Shown: piece after piece, positions 29,876 through 41,357 of the stretch
Layout of the letters: the number at the start of each line of letters is the position of its first letter
How positions within the stretch are numbered: position 1 is the first letter of the stretch
Virus record (IMG/VR): IMGVR_UViG_3300045988_174698
Direction: 5' to 3' (one strand)
Source of the DNA: a virus
Length of the DNA: 64,000 nt
Translations under genes and position numbers: made by a program
Notes under the pieces: generated by a model
What the model was told of the DNA's origin: nothing
Databases searched by the model: none
What the model saw: the letters and a program-made list of their open reading frames with translations, nothing else

Positions 29876-30580
29876 AACTATTAATAATAATTTTATTTAC
29901 ATGCTAGGTTATTTTATTCTCCTATTCCGAAAAATAACAAAACGTATCAGATAGTTTTTATCTTATCTCCTACAACTTATCTGAAATAACTCGGTTCTAT
30001 AATAGTAGTTAGTAATGATTAACTTACATCATCTGCATTAATCTATACAGAAAATCTTTGTCTATTATTTCTCCAGACTTGGATAGCTTAAGCTGCAAAA
30101 GCTACTTGAGCACGCATAGGAGTTGCAAGAGGCATAACCTTGTTAGCCATCTTACGTACAGTGTTCTTAGCGTTTATTTTTTGGTCCAGTTGTTAAAGAA
30201 GTTATACCAGCTCCTGCATGAATTGTTATCAACTATCTTGAATGTCAAAAACCTGGCAGGCCCAAAGACAGGGCAGTTTATACTTATACCCTAGAAGTGG
30301 TCCATAATAGCTAAAGTGTTTAATGCTCTAATTATATAGCAGCGACTAGTATACTGTTATACTTTTCTTGTAACTTCAAGAACTATTACTAAAACTTCAA
30401 TGTGAAGTTCCTAAAAGCCACTTGAGTATTTTTTGGGTTCACTCAAGAATACCGTGTTTTATTGTCGGGATCAAACAACCAAACTACCACCTTTCTATAT
30501 ACAAAGGCAAACTCATACTATCTGGCGTAACCCGTTACTATTATTTATATACCGCTAAGTAACCTAATGCGGTTTACTTT

Positions 30581-31171
30581 TTATCCTTTAAAGTATAATA
30601 ATGTTGGATTATTCTTATGCACATCAATATTCGGATATCGTTTTGCAAAAGTTGACATATCAAAAGGAGTTGTAATTAAATGAAAACCATTTTTAGTAGG
30701 AATCAAAGCCTTAAACTTTGAACCAATAGGTTGACATTCTCGTTCAATAAACAGTAAGATATTATTTACCGCACGATTATCTGTAGGTCCATCAATATCA
30801 ACAACCCATGTTTTATCGTCTTTATTACATGTTGATCCACAAGCATGATCATAACAACGATAAACTTCTTCCATCTGATCATATCGTATTCGTTCAGCAA
30901 GATTCTCTAAACAAACTAACGCTACATCTTTATAGCTTCGCTTGTTTAAATGAATATAAGCACGTGCTTTAAATATAGAACACATTTGCTTAATTTCCTT
31001 TTTCTTGCCTTCGAAATATTCAAGAGAACGTATACAATAGGAACGAACTAAACGGTTATTTACTCCTATATCGGGATTATCCTTTGATCTTTGTATAATC
31101 TGAAGATAATAAAAATCATCTTTAGATTCAAATTTCAAAAGACTTTTAATTAAGTCAAAATTATCTACCAT
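30581..31171 (-). CDS. hypothetical protein
   Basis: 196-aa ORF; no secure family match by eye. Confidence 0.3.
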   Translation of the reverse strand: MVDNFDLIKSLLKFESKDDFYYLQIIQRSKDNPDIGVNNRLVRSYCIRSLEYFEGKKKEIKQMCSIFKARAYIHLNKRSYKDVALVCLENLAERIRYDQMEEVYRCYDHACGSTCNKDDKTWVVDIDGPTDNRAVNNILLFIERECQPIGSKFKALIPTKNGFHLITTPFDMSTFAKRYPNIDVHKNNPTLLYFKG

Positions 31172-31250
31172 TTTCTTTAATAAGTAAATTTAATTTGCAT
31201 ATACAAAATATTTTTATTATATTTGATTTAATTATTAAATCAAATAAATC

Positions 31251-31628
31251 ATGAATATATTAATAAAAACATGTACGGTTTGTAAAGAATCAAAAGCCTT
31301 AGATGAGTTTCCAAAGCATCCACAGCATAAAGATGGATACAATAGTGTTTGTAAAAAATGTATGCAAAAAAGCAATAAAAAATGTAGATCAAATAAAAAG
31401 ATTCATTTTATAAAGAAAATAGGAGGAGAATGTACAAATTGTAAAATAAAATTGACTGAAAATAATTGACCAATATTTGATTTTCATCATATAGATCCTT
31501 CCCAAAAAGAAGTTTCTTGATCAACATTAAGAAATTGAAGTAATGATAAAATTGAAAAAGAATTAAACAAATGCACTTTACTATGTGCTAATTGTCATAG
31601 ACTTTTACACGCAAAGACTAAAGATTAA
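31251..31628 (+). CDS. HNH endonuclease (zinc-finger plus HNH), free-standing
   Basis: ORF 31251..31469 continues through four TGAs to a TAA at 31626-31628 (frame checked). CTVCKES...CKKC Zn knuckle, then FDFHHIDP...LLCANCHRLLH HNH motif. It is the only plus-strand gene inside the minus-strand block. Confidence 0.65.
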
Positions 31629-31681
31629 CTTTAGTCTTTTATTTTTATCTATTACTATTATTCTAGTCAATAAAAAATAGA

Positions 31682-31725
31682 GCCTACACCTCCGATCAAG
31701 GAGATGTAGGCAATGTTTATCGTCT
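31682..31725. terminator. hairpin terminator between convergent genes
   Basis: GCCTACACCTCC-gatcaa-GGAGATGTAGGC (12-bp stem, one mismatch) followed by a T-rich run. It sits between the 3' ends of the plus-strand HNH and the minus-strand small ORF. Confidence 0.45.
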
Positions 31726-31839
31726 TTTAAGAGCTTCATAATTTTTATATGGGCCCCTCCTCTTAGTAAAGGTTTTTCCTTTACCGTGTTAGAGGAAACT
31801 ATAGTGTTCTACTATAGAGACTACACCTTTGATTTAGCA

Positions 31840-32017
31840 GGTAGGCTTTTCTGCTTTGTAATTAGGTAAGTATAGAGCATTATGCCTTACTCTACGGTAA
31901 ACAGTTCTATACGAAAGTTCTCCTGTCTTTTTATCAAAAACAGGGTTGCCTTCTTCATCTACTTTAACTTCTTTAAAGGGCATTGTAATAGCCTTCATTT
32001 TAGGATGTGCCATCTGT
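31840..32017 (-). CDS. small hypothetical protein (59 aa)
   Basis: MAHPKMKAITMPFKEVKVDEEGNPVFDKKTGELSYRTVYRRVRHNALYLPNYKAEKPTC. Below the track's length cut-off. Local GC is higher than the flanks. Confidence 0.2.
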
Positions 32018-32022
32018 GTTAT

Positions 32023-33216
32023 TTAATTATTTTTACCTTGTTTTTTAGCAATATCAAGGAGCATATTCAGTCCTACAGCATCCATAGGATTAGCAGATGC
32101 TCCTTCTTTACCTCCAATAATCATTACTTCAGGAACCCAACGAACATTTGAGTTTGCTAATGCCTGAGCTACACCAATTGTGGTTTCTTTATCAATTGTT
32201 GCTCTTTGCAATGGGTCCAATCCAGCAAGTACTTTAGCTCGTGCTGCTGCAGCTTCTGCCATGCCCTGAGCTTCAATACGTTTTGCATCTTCCTTTGCCT
32301 TTAAAGCAGAAAGACGAGCTACTTCATATTCCTGTTCAGCCTTAGTAACCTCTACAGCCTTAATTTTCTCCTGTTCCCACTTAGCCTTCATAGCAAGTGC
32401 CTTACCCTCCTCTTCAGCACGAATTGCCTCTTGAGCAGCAGCAGCTGACTTCGCACGACTAGTTTGAATAAGCATATTTGCTTCCTGTTGCTGAGCAATC
32501 TGCCTATTTACTTTATCAGAATATGCAATCTTTGATACAGCTACCTGACCAATCTCTAGTCCATAATAAGCAAATGGGGAGGATTCACTACGCTTGTAAC
32601 CTCCTGCTGCTAATGAGTCAGGAATTAGTGTAGCTACATTAATAACTTTCTTTTCTCCAGTAATTGCATCAAGTACTTCGCTACGCTTGATTGCAGTTTT
32701 GTAGACACCATTATTTAACTGATCAGTAATATATTCAATCAAGTCATTCTTCTTCTCTGCATACGATTCAAAAGCAGACATCAGAGGACCTGAAGCATAA
32801 ATTACCTTAGTAACAGTCGGACGAACAAGATCATTCATTAGACGATCCATACCATTATAATCAGTCTGAATACGAGCGAGGTATTTAGGGTCAGTAGGAA
32901 GTTTTACACGAAGTGATCCATAAATCATACCATCTGAAGCATCATTGAAGATTACAGGAATAGGTTTTCCCTGCTGATCGCCAGCCTCAGAGTCAGATCC
33001 GAACCACAACTGTTGAGTTTTATAGTAAGTAGTGGTTTTGCCCCACCACTGCCAGTGAAAACCAGGACTAGTCCAGTATTCCATGTTACCAGTAAACGGA
33101 TACTGATTGACTACAATCGTCTCATTCTTTACATCTTCCCCGATTTTACCCAGAGAAACAACACAGAAAATAGCAAATACTACTACAAGAGCAGCAACAA
33201 TTTTTTTGAAATTCAT
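32023..33216 (-). CDS. SPFH/band-7 (stomatin/prohibitin/HflKC-like) membrane protein
   Basis: N-terminal membrane anchor, then an SPFH core and a long Ala/Glu/Lys-rich coiled coil (AVEVTKAEQEYEVARLSALKAKEDAKRIEAQGMAEAAAARAK). Confidence 0.7.
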   Translation of the reverse strand: MNFKKIVAALVVVFAIFCVVSLGKIGEDVKNETIVVNQYPFTGNMEYWTSPGFHWQWWGKTTTYYKTQQLWFGSDSEAGDQQGKPIPVIFNDASDGMIYGSLRVKLPTDPKYLARIQTDYNGMDRLMNDLVRPTVTKVIYASGPLMSAFESYAEKKNDLIEYITDQLNNGVYKTAIKRSEVLDAITGEKKVINVATLIPDSLAAGGYKRSESSPFAYYGLEIGQVAVSKIAYSDKVNRQIAQQQEANMLIQTSRAKSAAAAQEAIRAEEEGKALAMKAKWEQEKIKAVEVTKAEQEYEVARLSALKAKEDAKRIEAQGMAEAAAARAKVLAGLDPLQRATIDKETTIGVAQALANSNVRWVPEVMIIGGKEGASANPMDAVGLNMLLDIAKKQGKNN

Positions 33217-33394
33217 CTTTAGATTTTTAAATTACACAATTACCTTTTAAAAAAATAATAAAATGGAATTATTACCTTCCATGTAATTTTACGATTAGTA
33301 ATTTTACATGTATCTAATAACTGAAGAGTCATTAGAGTATAGTAAAGAATAAAGGAAATACTAACTAATAGTATAACAAAACGATAAAACCACA

Positions 33395-33676
33395 TTACTT
33401 TAAATTACTTTTAATGTTATCTCTTGTATCACAGTAGATTTTAATTTCTTGGGGGAAAACATGAATGATAGTAGTATCTTTCATTTCCTTAAATGTAGAA
33501 TTAATAATCCTCTCTAGGGAGTCTATCTGTAAAACTAGAGATTTTATATTCTCTTGGTTCTGTCTAAAAAAGGTTTCACTGCGTGTATTATCTATACAAA
33601 AAAATGCAAAACTTATTAGGAAAGAAGTTCCAAGAAGAAGTAAGACAACTCCAATTTTTATAGATTTATCTGTCAT
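33395..33676 (-). CDS. small membrane protein, possible SPFH partner (NfeD-like position)
   Basis: 93-aa ORF with one transmembrane helix, immediately 5' of the SPFH gene. Confidence 0.25.
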   Translation of the reverse strand: MTDKSIKIGVVLLLLGTSFLISFAFFCIDNTRSETFFRQNQENIKSLVLQIDSLERIINSTFKEMKDTTIIHVFPQEIKIYCDTRDNIKSNLK

Positions 33677-34328
33677 AACTAAGAATTAGCATATTAACTA
33701 TTTAAGTTAAGATAAGGATTAGATTTTTATTACAAAAATATATACCAGCTGTGTAACACAATTTTTGCCTGATTGGTACTAGCATTTACCATACACTTCC
33801 TTAACCAATATCAGAAACTATATGTACAGGTATATAAACAATAAATAGCTTCTGTAAGTGTACAACCTATTGCACAGATACTTTCACTATCTTATTATTG
33901 TGATTGGATAGGATTCAAACCTAATGTTTCCCTATTGTACAACAAGGCGAGTTTCATCACATTCTCCTCTCAATCAACCCCCAATCTTATTGAAAACAAT
34001 AAGACGCCCTTGTCTTGTCTGGGAGACTTTCATAAGGGTACTTTTTAAATAAAAAGAGGTAATCCCATAAGTATTATTCTACCTCCGCCTCATCTATAAA
34101 ATCATAGATTATCAGCAGCCTCTGCCAAGGCATCCCTGTTTTTCTATGAACTGGCAGATTCATAAATTATCAGGATAAACAGATTATTAAATTTCTTTAA
34201 TATTTCCGTTTTTATATTTCTTCTGAGTAGCAATCTTTATTATTCCATCCTCGTTTACTAGTTTCTCTTTTCATTCTTAGCTATAACTTTATTAGTATAT
34301 TACTAATATAATGCAGAAAGTAGTGTCA

Positions 34329-34622
34329 TTACTTCTCTAATCCAAATTCATTAATAAAATCAATATTCCTCTTACATAAACTTTTTACAGTAGCAACTTT
34401 ATGAGTTACATTTCCCGCGGTAACCTCAGAAGCTATCTCTGCAATATGCGTAAGATTATTGTATGCCATGATCTCACCATATTGTTTCTTTATTTTATCT
34501 GTATAATTAAATGCTAATGCTTTAATTAGAGCAACATTATGAGAGTAATTTTCAGTAGTTACTCTATCACATTTATTATTTATACGTGTAAACCATAATA
34601 TAACATCCTCTTTTGTTATCAT
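34329..34622 (-). CDS. hypothetical protein
   Basis: 97-aa ORF. Confidence 0.25.
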   Translation of the reverse strand: MITKEDVILWFTRINNKCDRVTTENYSHNVALIKALAFNYTDKIKKQYGEIMAYNNLTHIAEIASEVTAGNVTHKVATVKSLCKRNIDFINEFGLEK

Positions 34623-34648
34623 AGTGTTATGTGCTTATTGTTAGGTTT

Positions 34649-34906
34649 CTAAGAATGAATTTGTTTCCCTTTATATATAGACCAGCCTTTATCTTCTGCT
34701 ATTCTAACACAACGAGACTCCATTTGGCTATGTATTGTTTGAATGTTTTGATTTAAGGAGTACGTTATAGTATCTTCTTTACCATTAATAAGAATTTTGC
34801 CATTTTCATAGTCAAAAAGAATCTTATCTTTAAAGATTTCTATAACTAACAAATAAAGGGTTTCCGCATAGCAAGTTGTATAAATAGGATGAATAGCAAA
34901 GTACAT
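34649..34906 (-). CDS. hypothetical protein
   Basis: 85-aa ORF. Confidence 0.25.
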   Translation of the reverse strand: MYFAIHPIYTTCYAETLYLLVIEIFKDKILFDYENGKILINGKEDTITYSLNQNIQTIHSQMESRCVRIAEDKGWSIYKGKQIHS

Positions 34907-35820
34907 ATTGGGTTTGAATCTAATTATAAAAAAATACTCCTCTGTAACGCATGCCCTTGCAGGAGTATCAATTCACTATAATAATACTGGCTCCCTATAA
35001 TAGTTTCTGAACTCAAGACTACAGAATCTCAAAAGTAAAGTTATTCAATCAGAAACTTCTTGTTGTACCTATCGTATCTAACACATTCACAAATCTGGGG
35101 ATATTGTTTATGCTGACTAAATACTCCTGGCCTGGACTCAAGTTTTTCTACTCCTTCCCTCTAAACTTATAACGAGTGAACTCCCTTAGTAGACAAAGGA
35201 CTCATTGACAGTTTAACTACTACTATCAACCTGCAGTTTAACTCCCCGAATTTACGGAGTAATCCATGCAACTGTACATAGAACTTGCTCTTTTGTTACA
35301 CAACACAAGTTATTGTGAAAGATTTACGACTTCCTTAAACGATTTACCTTAGAACATTGCAGAACTTATTCCTTTAACATATGATTATTTCTACTAATAC
35401 GCATAATAATCTAGAATAAAAACCTCTGTTAAAGTTAAGATACACTAGGTTAATATTATCCTCTAATCCCCGCTATTAGAGTATTCTTTTTTTAGTTTAA
35501 CTCCCCTTCTACTATTGGGGTTTATCTACAATGCTTAAGTTTATATTAGAATTCTTTTTATCTGCGTTTGAATTCTGTAATATCCTCTTCATCATAGCCA
35601 ATTAAGGCTTCAAGAGGAACATCATCAACCATCTCGTCAATAATAGATGTATCTTCAATTTCCATACCCCCCCCTCTTTAAGTTTATAGGCTACTATAAA
35701 TAGTATAGTTGAGACTAAGATAATTAATATAAAAAATGATACTTTTTTAGTTTTGCTTGAGGTAAGTATCTAGATGAAACGTTATAATCTAATCAGTCAT
35801 TTCCTACTCATCTATTTTTA

Positions 35821-36486
35821 TTATATTCCTAAAGGTTTATCCTTTAGCAAGTTTAATGCTGTTTGTAAACCATCTTCTAAACAAGCAGAATAGTGTCTCT
35901 GCCGTACTTTACCAGGTCCAGAATATTCCTCAAGTGTAACTCCCAAGTTTAATTTTGTGATTGTCCAAAAATAGGATAGTGTTTGATCTAAGTGAACTAG
36001 TACAACTGTTCCACACTCGTTTCTGAGCCAGTATTGTAATTCTGTTTGATAGAGAGCTGGGATTAAATTGTCATACAGTTCACAGGTTCTTTTTGAATAA
36101 TGATAACTAATATTGTTCTCTGAACTTAAACTGTATTGTGACATATAATACTGTTGCTGACAGGTAGGATATCCTTTTCTAACAGCTATTTTAACAGTTT
36201 CAAAACTAATTCTTTTCATAAAAGTGATTCAATGAGCAGAAAGATAAATTACAGAGTCATCAGATAGAATTACTTTAGCTTTCGTATTCCTAGGTACATC
36301 CCACTTTTGAAGTTTTCTAACTAATGCTTTTAGAGATCCACACTTTCCTCTATAACAAGAGGAATATTCTGGATAATTAGGACATTCCTTAAACGGTACC
36401 CATGAGTCAATACTACTAACATACCAAAGGGACTTACCAGAGTAACTTAAATAAATTAAAATATTATGAGGTTTAGGAAAATACAT
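35821..36486 (-). CDS. hypothetical protein, TGA-containing
   Basis: ORFs 36229..36486 and 35821..36219 are in one frame (both codon phases 0 mod 3) and join through a single TGA (..YLSAH W ITFMKRISF..). 221 aa. Confidence 0.35.
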
Positions 36487-36497
36487 ACATTTAATTA

Positions 36498-36746
36498 TTA
36501 TTTATAGTAAATCCATTTATATGTTGTATCTTGCTCTACAATTGTATACTCTTTTTTTATTTTTCCTTGTTCATACTTATTCATTATATAATTAACAGTA
36601 AAGTCCCCGACTAGACAATTAATAGATAAAAGAACTATTATTATAGAGAGTAAAACTCTTGATCCTAAAAGTACAAGATTGTCATCATCATAACTTATTA
36701 CGTTGATTAAAAATAATGATGTAACAATGAGTATAACAGATAACAT
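36498..36746 (-). CDS. hypothetical membrane protein
   Basis: 82-aa hydrophobic ORF. Confidence 0.25.
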   Translation of the reverse strand: MLSVILIVTSLFLINVISYDDDNLVLLGSRVLLSIIIVLLSINCLVGDFTVNYIMNKYEQGKIKKEYTIVEQDTTYKWIYYK

Positions 36747-36756
36747 AGTTTATCGA

Positions 36757-37053
36757 TTAGTTGCTGACAGTGTTTAAATACTTAATAAAAGTCTTATTCT
36801 TGATATTGTTTAAAAACCCACTGAAGTTTTTATTAAAAGATATACTATCATAAGTAAACTCAGATTCCCATACATCTGGATAACTAAGTTTAGTAATATA
36901 CTTACGTTTTATCTCGTCTGAGAACCATGATTTATATTCTTTTCGAAAGATGTATACAAATATACTAATATCTTTACCAAAAATAGGATCACAATAAGTA
37001 TATTCTTTATGATATACTATCTTATCACTAATAGTTTTAGGAAATATATTCAT
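36757..37053 (-). CDS. hypothetical protein
   Basis: 98-aa ORF. Confidence 0.25.
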   Translation of the reverse strand: MNIFPKTISDKIVYHKEYTYCDPIFGKDISIFVYIFRKEYKSWFSDEIKRKYITKLSYPDVWESEFTYDSISFNKNFSGFLNNIKNKTFIKYLNTVSN

Positions 37054-37530
37054 AGAAGATAGATTAAAAATTCTAGGATTTGGGCGTTAAGCAGTCCATA
37101 TGCTCGGTTACATGACCACACTTTCAACTTCCGTATGTTTCAGCTATTAAGTTAGTTCCCCTCATTTAAAGATATACGAGCCTAATCGAATATCTTCCTA
37201 GAATAAATAGAAACTTTCTTGTAAATGAAAGCTGTAATGGGCTGAGATAGTGACCCTTACTCAGTCTGCGTTCATAATAGATTCTGAGATCATGGCAATA
37301 CATTAAGTGCTCGCTCCCTACAAATTCTATTTAATCACACGAATAAAAACTCGTAGCAGACATAGAATAATTATATTCTATTAACTTTTGAAACTTTAAA
37401 TTAAAATGAAGGTTACTTCATTCTCTTAAGGTTTCAGGTAAATAATACTAAGCTGTAGCTGTGCTGCTTGTTAACAGTATCCTTCCTCTACTATTAGTTT
37501 AACAGAATTAACAATCCTATATCACTAAGC

Positions 37531-38247
37531 TCAGTATTCAGTGAAATTATTATAACAGAGTCTATAGGCTTTTAACCATTCTGTTTTTGTATGTTTGTGA
37601 GGCATTTGAAAATTACGAAGAGACTTATAAAAACGAGGTGCATCATTAACCTCATCACATATTACATAGAAAGCTTGTATAATATCTCTCTTAAATACCT
37701 CTGATGTTTTTAGAATTTTACTAACTCTACGAAGAGCTTTGAGTCTCTCAAGAGCATACGCTATTAGTATACCATCAACATGAAGCTTACCACTCTGAAA
37801 ATCCTCAGTATTATACCTACCCAAAATTAACTGTATCGCAGATCTAATTTCAAGTTCTGGATTGTCTTTTAAAAAGTCCCTTAAAAGACAGTAGGAATTT
37901 TTACCTGTTTCACAGTAAGCATAAAGGTAATCCTTAGTTAACCATCTTTTATGTCCTGAATTAAACCTAATAGCTAAGCTAATTGGGTCTTCTTTTGAGT
38001 TTATTTTTAACATTCCTAACTCATAATGACGACTAGTATCAATGGAACATAATGTACAGAACGCTTTATAACGATGCTGTCCGTCTACTATATAATTATC
38101 CTTTACAAAGATTGGTGGAATCCAATCTCCCCTTTTCATAGACTGCATAATCTCCCTCACATGAGCAGGATTAGTTAGTCTGTTTGCAGATAAAAATTCG
38201 AGTGAAGGACTAGGTTTGTCCAAAATAATAATTTCTTCGGTTTTCAT
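37531..38247 (-). CDS. ParB-like nuclease domain protein
   Basis: IILDKPSPSLEFLSANRLTNPAHVREI...IFVKDNYIVDGQHRYKAF has the DGxHR core of the ParB/Srx fold. Confidence 0.55.
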   Translation of the reverse strand: MKTEEIIILDKPSPSLEFLSANRLTNPAHVREIMQSMKRGDWIPPIFVKDNYIVDGQHRYKAFCTLCSIDTSRHYELGMLKINSKEDPISLAIRFNSGHKRWLTKDYLYAYCETGKNSYCLLRDFLKDNPELEIRSAIQLILGRYNTEDFQSGKLHVDGILIAYALERLKALRRVSKILKTSEVFKRDIIQAFYVICDEVNDAPRFYKSLRNFQMPHKHTKTEWLKAYRLCYNNFTEY

Positions 38248-38248
38248 A

Positions 38249-38821
38249 TCAATTCCATATTATAAGACCTGAAAGCATTTGAGAACTGTCTTTATAACAA
38301 TAAAGCTTAGAGATTGTATATAAGGACTGAGTATGTTGTATAAATTGAACATATCTAGACCCTATTCCAATTTCTTCAGTAGATAACTTCTCAGCTTTTA
38401 AAGTATTTTTATAAAGAGTCTTGTTAAGAGTATCAATTGTTTTCTCCCTACCTCTAGAACCCCGAGTAGATACAGTAAAAAGTAAAGCCTTAGTACCTGA
38501 CAGCATAGTATTCATTCTGTAGAATACATTCATTATAGAATACTGACCATATAAAATAGTCTCTTCAAGATCAACGTCCATAACATGAGTAGGGAAAACA
38601 TCATCAATATAAGCTCTAACAATCCAGTTTTCAACTGGATGAATATCAACTAAAGTAATATTGTCTGGTAAAAAATACTTCTGATATTGCTGTAAAGCTA
38701 CTTTAGGACTATTTCCAGCTAAAGCTGTTAACTTTTTATTTTCAAATTTCTTAAGACAACCAAATAATTTGTTTTGGACATATCTCTTTGCTTGAGTAGA
38801 ATCTAAATCGTAGCTTTTCAT
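38249..38821 (-). CDS. hypothetical protein (co-directional with the ParB-like gene)
   Basis: 190-aa ORF immediately downstream of 37531..38247. Confidence 0.3.
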   Translation of the reverse strand: MKSYDLDSTQAKRYVQNKLFGCLKKFENKKLTALAGNSPKVALQQYQKYFLPDNITLVDIHPVENWIVRAYIDDVFPTHVMDVDLEETILYGQYSIMNVFYRMNTMLSGTKALLFTVSTRGSRGREKTIDTLNKTLYKNTLKAEKLSTEEIGIGSRYVQFIQHTQSLYTISKLYCYKDSSQMLSGLIIWN

Positions 38822-38845
38822 CTGTATTAGTATTTTTTAATTATG

Positions 38846-38918
38846 TGGGCCCTACAGGACTTGAACCTGTAATCTCTTGATTATGAGTCAATTGCTTCAA
38901 CCATTAAGCTAAGGGCCC
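38846..38918 (-). tRNA. tRNA with anticodon CAT (Met, fMet or Ile2)
   Basis: Acceptor GGGCCCT/AGGGCCC. D-arm GCTT-AATGGTTG-AAGC. Anticodon loop CTCATAA. T-arm ACAGG-TTCAAGT-CCTGT. Confidence 0.65.
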
Positions 38919-40259
38919 TTGCGGATATTTAATAGTGCTTACAGCAAACGTCTTTACACACTAATAGTAAGCTCCCCTTTCGGTATATTTGCCACTAATA
39001 ATTAAATATCCTTAAAAAAGACTATAACATTTTCTTATTGGGAGGCCAGGATCTATAATATACCTCCAGTTATCCAAATATATTGCGCAATAGTTGGTCC
39101 TTAGAGTTGTATCCCTTCATTCAGGCCAAGTGAAACATCTTGGGAAATGTGTACTGTTCTATGATCACTCAAACAGTCGCTTATAGTCTTTTGAAAACAT
39201 AAATTCTATATAAGTAGATAGTCTACTAACTTCCACTTATCAGCAGATAAAACTGGTAAATTATTTTATTTGGTAATGAATGTATATTAGTGACTATAAG
39301 AGTGGTCAAACTCTTATAGTCTAGATATTACTAAAGCGTGTTGTTACACCTAAAGAAGTACTATAAGTATTGCTAGTTATAGTACCGTAAGTCATTAACT
39401 TACCTTCATTGTAGGGAATCCAGCTGCGGCTTTTCAGGTTCTTAACTTGACTTCACTAGCTACTTACTCTTATATTTCAGATTCCTGACTTCGAGTCTAG
39501 TCTTTCACCATTATTTAAGTATACCTACAGTTTTTATTTGAGGAGTAAACTGTGAAACTTATACCTCACCACATACTGCTACTCATCTACTCATTAAAGA
39601 TAGCTACCTCCAAGCTCACTACTTTAGTAATAAAAATCTCCTCTCTTACCAAGTCATTGAGGAGATGAAAAATATGACTCTTGATTTGGGCAAGTACTTA
39701 ATGATCCAGGTTATATCATTACAATTCGTAGCATCATCTGTTGTAGGAATTTCACCTAACTCACCTGGTAGCATCGTTACTCATTTAATGCTTTGGCTGA
39801 GCTGCTTTGTAATAATCATTACTCACTAAGATTCACTTGGTCTTTTACTTAAGCCTAAAAGCCTCTCTATATAAGAAAACATATAGATGTTTTTGTAGAT
39901 AATCTCTATCTACCGAGACAGCCTTTATTTATACTCCCTGCTTATACTGGAGTATAATAATAAACTAAGAAGAGGTTTTACCGAGTTCCGCGGTTTTTTA
40001 TTTAGAGCGCCCTGAAGTCGTTACCTTCACCTTGGGGTCCCTCTAAGCTATAGCAAAGTATAGCAAATAGGTATCATTTAGTTTTCCTAACTACATTTCC
40101 TATTGATACATCTTATAGTATCCTACCTCTCTATACCTTTCTATGTATATCCTTAATTAGTCATGTAACCATTAAGATCTTAGTTTATAAAGGTTATCTG
40201 CTTTTGTTATATCTATACATTGGAGTCCTAATAACAGGTTACAGCCCGTGTATTAAAAA

Positions 40260-40628
40260 CTAGTTTCCTTCTTTTTTATCTTCCGAAGCAATAGAATCTA
40301 AAAGTCTATTAATAACTTCAAAAGACTTTTCAGGGAGCTCCTGTAATGCCTCAGAATTTTTAATTACTTCTGTTGCAATTGTAACTCCAAAAATTTGGTA
40401 ACAGGTAGATCTTGAAGGAACCAAAATAGTTAACACCATGGAAATTATCCCAGCGATACCAGTATATTTCCACCATCTCTTGGCTGTCTTCAATTCACAT
40501 TCATCACAATAATACGCAGTAGATACGATCATAAAAATACTCAGGCATACAATAAAAGTTGCTAATGCAATGATATATACTCCTCCAAAAACAGAACATA
40601 AATATAACCACCAAGCTAGATTTTCCAT
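40260..40628 (-). CDS. hypothetical membrane protein
   Basis: 122-aa ORF with two or three hydrophobic segments. Confidence 0.25.
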   Translation of the reverse strand: MENLAWWLYLCSVFGGVYIIALATFIVCLSIFMIVSTAYYCDECELKTAKRWWKYTGIAGIISMVLTILVPSRSTCYQIFGVTIATEVIKNSEALQELPEKSFEVINRLLDSIASEDKKEGN

Positions 40629-40686
40629 TATTTATTAATTATGTTGATTATTATTAAAGTTTCGGATTTCTAAGGCATTTGAATTT

Positions 40687-41055
40687 TTATTCTAGTAAAT
40701 TTAACGCTATTATTAAAGCTTCTCCCAAAGCATTTTCATACAACATGAAAAGCTCTTCCGTAAGTTTAGTGTCACTATTGATTACTGAATTTGGAGTATA
40801 AATGATATAGGCATAGTATCTGATTTGGTCTTTATAAACAGCAATAATAGAGATATGAATCCCTTTATCATCTCTTAACCACTCACTAAGTTCTTCCTGT
40901 AAAGGAGCATAGCAGCTAAAATTGGGAATGTACCCAATACCTTCACTATAAGTTTGGGTATATAAACTGCCCGTAGTATCATAGTAAACTCTGCTTGTTC
41001 CATTATAGCCTTTTTCCTTCGCAAGTTTGGCAGTGTTATAATGTACAAATTCCAT
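40687..41055 (-). CDS. hypothetical protein, family A (paralog of 22584..23006)
   Basis: MEFVHYNTAKLAKEKGY and APLQEELSEWLRDDKGIHISII...ENALGEALIIALNLLE are shared with 22584..23006. Confidence 0.4.
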   Translation of the reverse strand: MEFVHYNTAKLAKEKGYNGTSRVYYDTTGSLYTQTYSEGIGYIPNFSCYAPLQEELSEWLRDDKGIHISIIAVYKDQIRYYAYIIYTPNSVINSDTKLTEELFMLYENALGEALIIALNLLE

Positions 41056-41142
41056 AAGATGTATTTTTTAATTTTAAAAGTCCTCAGCTTAAAAATGAAT
41101 ATGAGTTACCACCCTGTGTTGTAGTGAAAACCACATATAGTC

Positions 41143-41334
41143 TTAATTGTTGTTGAACTTGAACTTAGCTAGTGTGTTAACAACAACACGTACTGCTACT
41201 ACAGTATTGATAACAGGGATCATTATTAGTACAAAAGCTGTTGTTGCATCTATATCTTCCCGCTCGACTAAATATACACCTGTTACTAAAGCACTAAATC
41301 CATAAATAATGGTGAAAAGTATCAAAAAAATCAT
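41143..41334 (-). CDS. hypothetical membrane protein
   Basis: 63-aa hydrophobic ORF. Confidence 0.2.
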   Translation of the reverse strand: MIFLILFTIIYGFSALVTGVYLVEREDIDATTAFVLIMIPVINTVVAVRVVVNTLAKFKFNNN

Positions 41335-41357
41335 TGGTTTAATATATTAGTTGAATG

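Noticed and set aside
31882-33222. Plus-strand ORFs 31882..32151 and 33013..33222
   Set aside because: Antisense to the SPFH gene and its upstream region.
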